Below are positions 1 to 10,900 of a DNA stretch of 64,000 bases, piece after piece. The notes under the pieces are model-generated. The model ran no database searches. It was given only the letters and a program-made list of their open reading frames with translations, and had not been told where the DNA came from. The DNA comes from Tubiluchus corallicola. Taxonomy: Eukaryota; Animalia; Priapulida. The position numbers were made by a program, and so were the translations under genes. The stretch lies in the NCBI GenBank assembly GCA_030141605.1, contig JAQGDQ010000480.1:107586-171585 (forward strand), in the 5' to 3' direction. Positions within the stretch are counted from its first letter, which is position 1. Every line of letters begins with the position of its first letter.

Positions 1-495
1 CGCCCACCGGATGTTTTACTGGGATCTACAAAATATTCAACTTCATTAGATATGTGGGGAGTCGGTTGTATCTTCATGGAAATGTTATCGGGTCAAGCAA
101 TTTTTCCTGGCATGAAGGATATATATGATCAATTGAACAAGATATTTAGAGTTTTGGGAACACCTACCGAAGACAGCTGGGAAGGTGTGAGTTCCTACCC
201 CAATTACAACATAGATAAATTCAATCGCCATCATAGTAGGCGACTAATATTAGTTTATCCGAAATTGCTTGATGTACCTTATGCTGAAAATTTGGCTTCT
301 TCATTTTTACAACTAGACCCGAAGAAAAGAATAAGTGCTAAAGATGCAAAGTTATACCCTTATTTTTCTGATCTGCCTGTTAAAGTTCATGATTTGCCGC
401 CAGCCGCATCAGTTTTCGTACTTCCTGGAGTCAAGCTTGTTCCAGAAGGTTCTCACAAAGTAACTACTCGGTCTGCTACAAAGGTTCTTCTGTGA
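1..495 (+). CDS. CDK14: PFTAIRE-type cyclin-dependent kinase (CDK14/15, Eip63E-like), C-terminal part; 5' end outside the window
   Basis: Frame 1 is open from base 1: RPPDVLLGSTKYSTSLDMWGVGCIFMEM...IFPG...DQLNKIFRVLGTPTEDSW...DPKKRISA, kinase subdomains VIII-XI with the RPPDVLLGST signature of PFTAIRE/PCTAIRE kinases; stop TGA 493-495. The ORF-track start at 52 is an internal Met. Subfamily call from memory of the motif. Confidence 0.85.
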   Translation, partial: RPPDVLLGSTKYSTSLDMWGVGCIFMEMLSGQAIFPGMKDIYDQLNKIFRVLGTPTEDSWEGVSSYPNYNIDKFNRHHSRRLILVYPKLLDVPYAENLASSFLQLDPKKRISAKDAKLYPYFSDLPVKVHDLPPAASVFVLPGVKLVPEGSHKVTTRSATKVLL

Positions 496-3400
496 ATGTT
501 TTAAACATTTTGTATATGACATGGTATCATTTGAGATAGTTTGCATGGTATCAGAAAAGTAAATACTTACGATTGCAAGCAATTAGGTAAAGATGAATAT
601 CCACCTAGCTTTTCTCACTGTGATGTTTTTAGTAATTATTGAGAGTAGAAGTGAAATCATTTCAACAATAATATCCTATCATCCTAGCAGAAAAACTGTG
701 TGAAATGAAAGAAAGTTTTAGTAAATTTTGGAGTTTGCAATTAAGAAACAGAATGTAGTGGTAACACACTCGAGCTTCATATATAAAAAAAAGTACATAC
801 CAAATAGAAAAGCGGGTTAATAAAGAACAAAGAATGTTCATGGTAAATGGCATCATAAGCAATGGTTTTTGAGCATTATTTTTCAAATTTGTCACTATGA
901 GTTTTGACTTTGCGTTATTGTTTACCTTTTCAATCTTTTGTGAAGTGCTGCTCTTGCTAGATTGGCAATTGTTAATGCAATCTTATTGACAATGTTTCAT
1001 TTCTACTATCAGTTATTACTATTGCGAATATATTGTTATTTATTTGTTGTATGTTATGTAATTTATAATATTTATCAATACATAAATTATAAGTTCTTTT
1101 ATTATATAAGCAATAAAAAATATGCAAGGAGAGACTATAATGTGTAAGCTCTAACAGCACTTGAACATTTGTAAGGTCGTAAACATTTGTTTTAATATTT
1201 AGAGCCAAGAATGGAAAAAGTTATAATATAAGACTTTATTGTACATATATAATGTATTATTCTGTATCTGATCTCTTACTATTATTGTGTGCATTAAAAA
1301 TGAATATCTTATGCCACTTAAACAAAAGTAGTCATCACGAGGTAATTGTATTATATGCATGAAGATAGTTGCAGAAAAACTGACTTATATGAACCAAATA
1401 AATTCTTGAAAATCAAACATGGTGAAGTAGTTTTAATCGTACATTTGAAAATTGTTATTGTGGTTCTCAGCCTTCACTGGTCATATATTTTTGAACTTCA
1501 GCCATTATAAGGCAACCGTCAAATATTAAGATAGCAGAATTGAAGATTTTTCTGATCTGATGGCAGGCTAACATTCATGCTTATAACACCTTGACATTTT
1601 ATTGCGAATACAACACTCTTAGAAGAATAAATCTTTTGCCATTTTCCAGTTATGAAATTCAGCAAAGAAACACAAGCACCGTGACTATTGTATTGCTCTA
1701 CCACTTTACGCAATTTAAATTTTTCAAAATTTTTAAAAGTTATGTGAGTGAATATAATCGTTGAGTGAGTTAATTAATAATCAAGCATAATTATTATAAT
1801 AGACTGTGACAACTTAACCTGATTGTTAGTTATGGTATCATTCAAATAATTTACTTAGGCTCTAACTGTTTGAAGTCTCCATAAACAAGTCGTTTTGCAG
1901 CAATTGTGCCATAACTATTAAGAGCTTTATAAATGTTGGACTACAAGCCTATAATCGTAATTAAGTGCTAAAAAGATAATTAAGAAAAAGTTCAAACAGT
2001 AATTTCTGAGGAAATGAACATCACCTTCAAGTAATCAAATTTTCACAGTTGGAATGGAAAATGGAATTAAACAAAATAAGAATTAAAAAGAAAGCAACAA
2101 ATAATCACTTTTAAATTAAAATTACGCTAAATATAAGCTACATAGCTAAAGACTTGATCCAAGATAGACCAGCTTCTGCTACTTCAGTAATAACTTTGGC
2201 AGATGGTGATTCCAACACTGAGAGCATTGTACATGTAGTACATTGTACAAGTAATAAATAATACTAACTCTTCCCAATGACAATGCGTGAAAAAGAATGC
2301 GAGCTAATTATGTAAAAAGTAGGTCTTTTCCAATTAAAAGATCTGAAATGTGAAATCTGTGTGCAATTAAATAACAATGGTCACTTTGCAGTTTGCATTA
2401 TATGTTGCAAAAAGGGAAGGACTCGGGAAATCTGACAGCTTGATAATGTTGTTTTCAACGATGTTCATAAACTCTAACGTGTCGTGTAACACTTATGTGA
2501 ATTGTTGAAGAAGTAGTTGAGAAGAATGGGACCAAGTCTGCATGTTCGGTGCACTAAATAGTACGGAGACTTTATCACGCATGCGTCGCAGCCGGCGTGA
2601 CATAGAGTGAGTGAGAAATGGCGATTTTATAAAAAAAACATAAAGGATAGTCAAATTAAACTATAATGGGCGATCGGTATAATATACACAGCCAGTTAGA
2701 ACACCTGCAATCAAAATATATAGGAACCGGGCACGCAGATACCACCAAATGGGAGTGGCTGGTGAATCAACATAGGTTTGACTCTCACTTTGTGTGTTGA
2801 ATGTACAGTAGTCCACTGGCACTAGGCTCTATAATACTATAATAGTTGTATGTACGTGTTCAGTAAGCCAGTGGTGCTACAGTAATCTTAGTTATTTAGT
2901 AAGAGTTATCTCCTTTTTAACTAAAATAGTCACCGACAGAGCACTTGTCTTTGTAATTGACCGCAAACATATGATATATATATTATTGGTCTATCGCTTC
3001 GCCTTCGCTGTAACGTAAGCACACTCAGCAGCATTCGGGACAACAGGTCACCAGGACAACAACTGTCTAAGCTAAACTAAACCAAACAACATGACAGTCA
3101 CAATTAATGTCTAATCAGCAGATAAACCGATTACACTGTTTCAATTTTTTTTTTACAACAGCAGCTATTTTTACACGAAATTAACACTTCAAGTAGCCAA
3201 TAAAATGACTTTTCAATTTAAACAGAATGTAGAGACAACAATGTCTGTATGTGAACGTAATTGTGGTTTTCAAATTTCAACCACTTTGGAAGAAACAACT
3301 GATGTGGCAACTATGGGCAAAAAACTGAATTTAGATTTGGTCTAAAGATGAAGGTCGTAAGGTAGTAATTGGACCATGGCTCTACAATCCATGGTTGCAT

Positions 3401-5089
3401 TTTTGTGGAGACAAGCAAGTCATTGTTGTGATAATTATCTTTATGAATTCATCTGAATGCATATTATTGTGTTAACCTGATGTCATACAGTTATTGATGT
3501 AATTGTGTGTTGTGTGGAAATAAATATATAATCTCTAATAAAATTTCTATGAGTGCTACGTAAATTACCTCTATACATCAAATTTATCTGCAAATTTTAC
3601 GCTCTGTACATTTACAAGTTCTTATTAAAGACTGATTTTAGCCAGAAAATGTAGTGCACTTGCACATGTAATTTAGTAGTTTAGGACTCTGTATATTTTT
3701 TGTTCTTGCTGGGATGTGATAAAAGCTTTTAGCTTACCTTTTCTTTCATATTGGTTTTGTATGGCTGTTAGATACAATCATTACAAATATGCAGTAACAG
3801 AGCAACTAACTGGTGCACTTTTTGTGCCAAATATCGTAGTATGCATCAGTGCCAGGGGCATTTTTGTGTTTTTCAATCTACCTGAGCTACTCCAATCATA
3901 TATCTGTTTAGGGTTAATATATAAGTTGTTTATGCACTGGTGTCTTTATTGTCCTAAGTAATCACGTGATTTACACCTGTTTTATTTTATAAATTTTGGT
4001 TTTAATCTTTGTGCACAGCAAAATGAACCAGCAATTTGTGGTCTGTAGACATTTTTACTGTAGTTAAAACTTTATCAAAACATGCAAGGCTATTTTAGCA
4101 AGTATTTTCCATAAAAAGCTGATTTCCTTTTTCAGAGACAGCAATTCGAGTTATATGGGGCATTATGATCTCCTTAACTATTTTGCCATAGCGGAGAATG
4201 AAAGCAAGGCTCGGGTAAAATTCAACTTGATGGAAAAGATGTTGCAACCATGTGGACCACCCCCTGAAAAGCACGAAGATTAGGTTTGTACTCTCATTAA
4301 GCACAGTCATGCCTCATCTCTGTCCACATCTCTGGCAAAAAATGTCTATATTTTCACAGACATTGTTATAATGCAAATTCACTTAATGTCACCTTTTTTG
4401 CAGTCCAAAAGCAGGTGGTATAAAAAGAGGTTTGACTGTTCCGTCATTACTGAACTGACTGACAGAAGTTCTGAATATCGGAAATTTGTCTCAGTTTTTC
4501 TTCAGAAATGACTCATATAATATAACCTAGTAATAATAACATGTAATCAGTCAGTAACTTATACCAGCTTTACAGACACTGTTTCTGCTTTTATTAAATA
4601 AATTTTGCCATTGAAAATGGTGCTATACCTGATCTTTTATAAGATTTTTTTAGGTAAAGTAAGATATTGGTGCTGGTTTCTATGGCAACAGGCTGCAGGC
4701 AAAATTCCTTTGCATAAAGTTTGTACCTAGGCACCTGGAGGCTTGTAAATTGCAAATAGATAGCGAAGCAACAATAAGAAGCGAAAACATAAATAATTGT
4801 ACTGTTTAAGTTACCAGAGCACTTTGAGAACAAAATAATGTGATATGTACTGTTCAAATGTTTCAAATTAGATAAGAAAGTTGTTGATAAATTAAAAAAT
4901 AGTTTTGAGCAAAATAAAAAAATATTGCTAAAATGAAACGTTAGGTGAGAAAAAGGTGTCAGGTGTGTGGGATCGTTAAACAAGGACTTTATTTAAACAA
5001 GGCTGTATTTTCATATAAATTGTTCTGTGTATTTACAAATCTTTTTGTTTTTCCAGGCACTTTCATTAGCTAAAAAACAATTTTAAGAC

Positions 5090-5911
5090 ATGCCACTTGT
5101 GATTATAACAGGTTTTCCTAGTAGTGGAAAATCATCTACTGCAAAAGTTCTCTGCGATTTTCTCAACCAAAACCATCCAGGCGTTCCTGTACATGTTGTC
5201 GACGAATGTCTGATACCAGATAAAAATAGCTTGTATCTAGATTCAACAAAAGAAAAAGAACAAAGAAGTGCATTAAAATCTGATGTTAGTCGAAAACTTA
5301 ACAGGACTGGTGTCGTCATTTTGGATTCATTGAATTACATAAAGGGTTATCGTTACGAACTGTACTGTGTTGCTAAAGCAGCTCAGACACCACACTGTGT
5401 CGTACACTGCGACATTACTGAGAAAAGCGCTTTGAAGTGGAACTTCGACCGCCCGCCTTCAGACCAATACACTCCCGAGGTAATTGAAGGCCTCGTCAAG
5501 CGATACGAAGCACCAGATTCTCGGAATCGGTGGGATGCACCATTGTTTACAGTTCTTGACGATGGATGTGTTCCCTGCGAAGACATTTACAATGCAATTT
5601 TCCATCGCAAAGCTCCGCCACCAAACATGTCAACACAATCACCGCTGCTGACTTCCACAAATTTTGTTTACGAGTTGGATAAAGCAACTCAACAGGTCAT
5701 ATCAGCCCTCATGGAAGCCCAGAAAACATTTATTCCGGGAGATAAAGTTCTCGTACCAGATAGCGATGAAAAAGTGGAATTGGCAAGGAAAGTAACTTTG
5801 GCAGAACTACGCCGTGTAAAGCGACAGTTCATTTCATACACGAAGACTCATCCCATCGATGCAAATAGAATCGCATCGGCATTTGTACAGTTTCTGAACA
5901 ACACATTGTGA
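5090..5911 (+). CDS. KTI12: Protein KTI12 homolog (Elongator-associated P-loop protein), 273 aa, single coding exon
   Basis: MPLVIITGFPSSGKS (P-loop), DSLNYIKGYRYELYC, RYEAPDSRNRWDAPLF, ELRRVKRQF; splice acceptor ttttgttttttccag ends at 5056, so there is a 5'UTR intron. Confidence 0.97.
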   Translation: MPLVIITGFPSSGKSSTAKVLCDFLNQNHPGVPVHVVDECLIPDKNSLYLDSTKEKEQRSALKSDVSRKLNRTGVVILDSLNYIKGYRYELYCVAKAAQTPHCVVHCDITEKSALKWNFDRPPSDQYTPEVIEGLVKRYEAPDSRNRWDAPLFTVLDDGCVPCEDIYNAIFHRKAPPPNMSTQSPLLTSTNFVYELDKATQQVISALMEAQKTFIPGDKVLVPDSDEKVELARKVTLAELRRVKRQFISYTKTHPIDANRIASAFVQFLNNTL

Positions 5912-6219
5912 TTTCTCGTGAAAAATATTTCCCGTGTCTAGACCTTTCGATAGTTTGGATAAAAATTTGTCAGATTGGTTATGATATGTATCTTTCATGT
6001 CTCTGTTTGAGTGTGTAAATTCAGTACTTCTGCTCAAGTACACGTTGTATTGTTTTTTCTACATTATTTTATGCATAGAATCTTCTGCACAAAATAACTT
6101 TCCCCATTTTTAATTTAGTAGATAATGAAATGAAACGTGATGTACTTTCATCGTCAGATATGCAGATCACATGACTATATATATTGATAAAATTATTTTA
6201 TAAATTTAAAATTAAAATT

Positions 6220-6414
6220 CAGTCAAATCTCGTTATCACGCCATCCCCCCCCCCCAATAAATTCACTTCACTTAACATCCAATTTTTATCAAAACAAAAT
6301 AAGTATTTGTATAGGTATGTGTACGTGTATTAATGCACTTCGTTATAATGCCAAACTAACTGTAACGCCACGTTTTTGCAGTCCCAAGGTAGGAGGTACA
6401 AAGAAGTTTGACTA
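6220..6414. mobile_element. Tigger/pogo-like MITE; related copies at about 4330..4438 and 34933..35100 (reverse)
   Basis: Termini CAGTCAAATCTCGTTAT / AAGAAGTTTGACTA followed by TA; shared internal gttataatgc...ttttgcagtcc segment among copies. Confidence 0.6.
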
Positions 6415-7009
6415 TACAACAAATAATATCAATGTATACAGTTAAACAGTTAAAAAGCTAAATGTCAAAGTTTTGCTCAAGAACGCTGCTACATTTTGCT
6501 TGCATTCATATTTACACCTGTAAACCTGAATTTATTCAATTTGTTTGTTTGTCTTCATATGTTGCCAGACAGAGAATATTATACACTAAGTTGAATTTAG
6601 CTGATATTAAAATGTCGCATTGCAGTGTAATAGCAACATACTTTCAAAAGAAAAAACAACTTTCATTTTCATTCTATTAAGTTTACATATATATTAAGTT
6701 GCGTCAACCTTACAAATTGATTATACATGACAAAAAATATCCAAGGTAAATAGAATTCAATGTGCGAGGCAAATGCACTGTTACTATTGCAGGAAATGTT
6801 TGATTTTACTTTTATAATATTTACCCATTTAAGGGTACCCTGGCCCTCATTTTTTTCAACTAAACTAGTTACCAGGCCCTTATTCAAAAGTGCTTAATCA
6901 AGCAGAGGCGCTTACTCCTTAAATCCCTTCACTCCTTATGCGCACCGGAGAGCGTAGCAGTATCCATGCATGCAGGAGCAAATTTGGAGCTACATCATTC
7001 ACTTGATAC

Positions 7010-7358
7010 CAGGGGTGCCCAATTAAGAAATCCCAAGGGCCACAGTAAGAATAGCCCAAGCTGCTGATGCCACCAGCCAAAGTGCAGAGGCTATACCTTC
7101 ATTCCTACAACTGAAGAGTTATGTTTTATGAATACCCAAAATAGGTATTTTAGGCAAATTTCTGTGGGCTTTAAAATAGCAAATGTTTCTTGCCTTTAAT
7201 GAGAAAATCATTGTAGGTACAGCAGAGTAAAAAGCAGACTATTGATACGGATAACTGAAATGCCTTATTTTCAAAATAAACTTCTCTTGTACAGCACAAC
7301 GAGTATCATATAAGAGTGGACCATCTCAAATTTTCGGGCTGCTAACTGAGCACCACTG
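7010..7358. mobile_element. Degenerate hAT-like MITE
   Basis: Termini CAGGGGTGCCCAA / CTGAGCACCACTG; target-site duplication not recognisable. Confidence 0.4.
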
Positions 7359-7741
7359 GTATACACAGTGTTACAAGCAAGTATATTATGGCATTTATTA
7401 AATCTGATTTGATTTTATTAAATCTGAGTTAATTTGATTGCAGAATGAATAAGCTTTACAGTAAAGCCTTGTACAAGAGTTGCGACTAATGCATTTTTCG
7501 ATACGTTGATCTACACCAGGGGGGTTATTTAAACATGAAGCTTACTATCTTTTCAGTCTATTTCCCTGTGCGCTTATTCACATGGGCCTTTAATTAAGCA
7601 CGGATGCTAAAATGAGTAAAATGATTATTTTCAAGCAATGTCTTTTGGAAAAATATTCACAGAGCTTCTATTACTATACAGTCTAAACCATGAATACACA
7701 AACCGACGTATAATTTTATTTACATTTAAAATTATTGTGTA

Positions 7742-7924
7742 CTACCCATCAGAACTTAGCAATTGCTTTAATTTGTCTATAAAACCATCAAGTTTTTCCA
7801 TAGGAACAACAACTACGGTGCGATATGCACGATACTCTGCATCATCTTCTGTCCACTTTCCACCAACCGCAGTGGCCGTGTCACTGTCCTTGCCGACGGG
7901 AAATGTAAAATTAAACCTTGATTC
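7742..7924 (-). CDS. BCCIP: BCCIP exon 7 (terminal)
   Basis: ESRFNFTFPV...GGKWTEDDAEYRAYRTVVVVP...LSSDG, stop TAG. Confidence 0.95.
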   Translation of the reverse strand, partial: ESRFNFTFPVGKDSDTATAVGGKWTEDDAEYRAYRTVVVVPMEKLDGFIDKLKQLLSSDG

Positions 7925-10900
7925 CTGTAATGAAATATTGACATGATTAAGTGAGTCTTGCTAAATAATATCAAAGGAAAGCAGTAGCGAATTTTCCTTA
8001 AAGTAAACCAGTGACATTTTGGGTGAACCAAATTGTTTTTTAGTGCACACTGGGATACCAGGGACATGTTACTAGTTAGTGGGAACATTTTAAATTACTA
8101 ATTTCCAGTTGCATTTGTCTTTCAAACATGTGCGCTATATGCTAAAGTAATGTAACTACGCATGGAAAGTTTTTTGAGACGTACTTTAAAATTCTCTTGT
8201 CTTCCCTTTTAACGAAAGTTAACTATATGACACAAATTTCTTGCAAAATCATCACCTAGCATTCCACATCTGGAACATTTGTCTTCTGGCTGTCTTCTAG
8301 CATGCACTTCTAGCTGGCAAAACTTTACTACCTGATCTTACTGTTTATAATCGTGAAATATATTCGTTTGCCAAACTCGCGTTAGTGAGTTTTCCAGTTG
8401 TAAGACAAACTGCTTCATTCAAATTGATATCAGCCACACAAGTAAGAGGGTAACGCAAACAATTCTGCAGACCTCTAAAATTTGTATTCTGATAGCTAAA
8501 ATATTATTAGTATTAGTACATTGTTCACTTGTTGTCCTGTGACTCTACAAGAGGTATTATCCTGAGTGCAAAAACAAATAGCTTTAATTGCTCCTCTTGC
8601 TTTGCTGGAAATATCTCAGAATCAAGGTGATCGTGTTGCCATGGTGATGAAATAAATCAAACAAATTACAAACCTTTACAAGCTCTTCTTCCTCGGGATT
8701 TGAGAAAATGCATGACATTTCCTGATTTCTTCGTTTTTTCGTCTTGTCGATCGCTCTGTAAGACTTCACGATCGTTAACAGATCGTCAAATTTATATTTC
8801 ATACCTTTCTTGCCCGCTTTGTCCATATCTTCCCTGCAAACGTAATTTTTATAAAATATAATAACAGCAGTGGAGCAACAAGAATGTCTGACTTTTAACT
8901 GGATCCTGCAATTAACGTCAAGTGATTTCTGGTAAATTTAATCAACCATAAACTGGTAGTGTACTACTAACTGTATTTTTTTTGGAACAACGTGTTTTTT
9001 ATTTTTTGCACATAAAATATTCTCTTATCTGATTCGTTTAAATCCATTAGCTAGCCAACCACTAGAAAGCTCATACATTCTTTTATAAATTTACTGCAAA
9101 TTTACTAAAAATGCAAATCTTTGCTGCAATTACATGATGATGGAAAAAAATAACATTGCATTAACATTTTTATGTGATGGTTTGTCCCAAATTTAGTAAA
9201 AGAAACACAGCGACAGCTGAAAGTGGAGCAACAGACCAAAATACTTGGCATCAATTGAGTCTTCGCATGTGCATTCTGTGTTATACAAGTACAATTAGCA
9301 AGCAAAATAAAACAATACTTGGCTGCATAAATGTCAAAGTCTGAAAATCTAGCGGTATTTGTAAAAAAAATGTGACAAAGACACTCTCTGACATTTACTC
9401 AGCTAAAATATTCACAATAAAGTATTCAGGACGTTTCGACTCCCCTTGAGTCTTTTTATCTACAACGGACAAAAGTGAAAAATACTTTAATTCTTGAAAA
9501 TTAAAAATTTCAAAAAACTATATCATTAAAAAGCAAGTTATATATGTAAAATATATTTATACATTTAACATCATAGTGTCCATTAAAATTATTGAATTTA
9601 AGCTACATAACATTGCAACATAAAACATTTTGAGGTATGACACTTTTTTGCACTGTTTGAGAGGCATAATCCTCCAGTCAATGGTAACGTTAATGCAACG
9701 TAGATGATTGTAGCAGGATCAGAACCTATTTACAATCAAAGATAATTTTCTACAATGAAACACTGAACTAGTCTTAGCCGTATTTTGATGTTTATATGCT
9801 TTCAAGAAGGTAATTAGCGTCAGGCAAAATGGTACATATGAAACCACTTAAAAGTAATTTTCCCACCACCCACCTAGTTACTGACAAGGATTAGTCTTGC
9901 TTAACTAAGGTCGCTATTCACTAGACACACATGTAGTGATTCAAATATTAAAAATGCTCCTAGTAGCAGTAGTACAAGAGCACCCTAGTGGCAGACTCGG
10001 TAGTTAAGACTCAGTGCAAGAATAGACTGCACCAAGTGCATTGTCATAGATACATCCATTTTTGTTACTTTTGCTATAAGGTTTAGTACAAAAAAAAAAC
10101 AACTTACATAAGGCTACTGTACATAGGGACTGCAATTTGAGCAGGAATATTGACAAATCGCTCAGAAATGAGTAATCCCAGTTGTCTGCTGGCATCTTGT
10201 AAAATTCTAGCAAATTCGTCTAGTTGTAATCTTTGATGTTGTTTACACTGGTCTAATAGCCATTGCTTTACCTCATACAAACACTCTTCCTAGATGATAA
10301 TAAAATAAGACACACTGAAAGATCCAGGTTAAGAACTAGATTTACCTAAATTAGTTACAACTTAGAATAACTAGTTAGTTAGAATCTCAAATACTATTAG
10401 TTAATGATAGAATGAATACAAAATTATAGAATAATACGGTTTGCGTAAGTATTTTGCAGAAGCGCGGCAAAAAACAATGGCTAAGTTCAATAGCGATTTG
10501 CTCAAGGTTACGTATGTCAGTGCGTAGCGTGCACCTCAACTTCAATGTGGATTATCTCAGTTTAGAAATAACATAGAGCGATGAGCTTGGTATCAAAATG
10601 ATCCTCATGAAATGTAGATTCAGGATGCGTGAATAACTAGAAAAGCCTAACTGCCGACTTATGGACGATTTTGCTATGCAAACGCACATATTATATTGTC
10701 ATAGCATAAAGTTCAAACAAAGTTATAGTTAATTAATACACAAATACTTTACATTATAACATAGGGTTGTAGAATATCATATAAAAAGTTTATTTTATGT
10801 TTGGAGTTCTTATCTGTTTTCTAATTAGATTGCTGAATATTAAATACTGGTCGGGCAGCTTTTTTTATTGCACTGACCTAAAAACAAGTGGAGAAAAATG

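Noticed and set aside
2280-2540. Cys-rich reading (CEICVQ...GHFAVCIICC) as a zinc-finger exon
   Set aside because: Interrupted by stops, no splice sites and no assignable family.
2806-2881. Hairpin as a possible pre-miRNA
   Set aside because: Only about 13 paired bases with a large loop; more like a tiny MITE relic.
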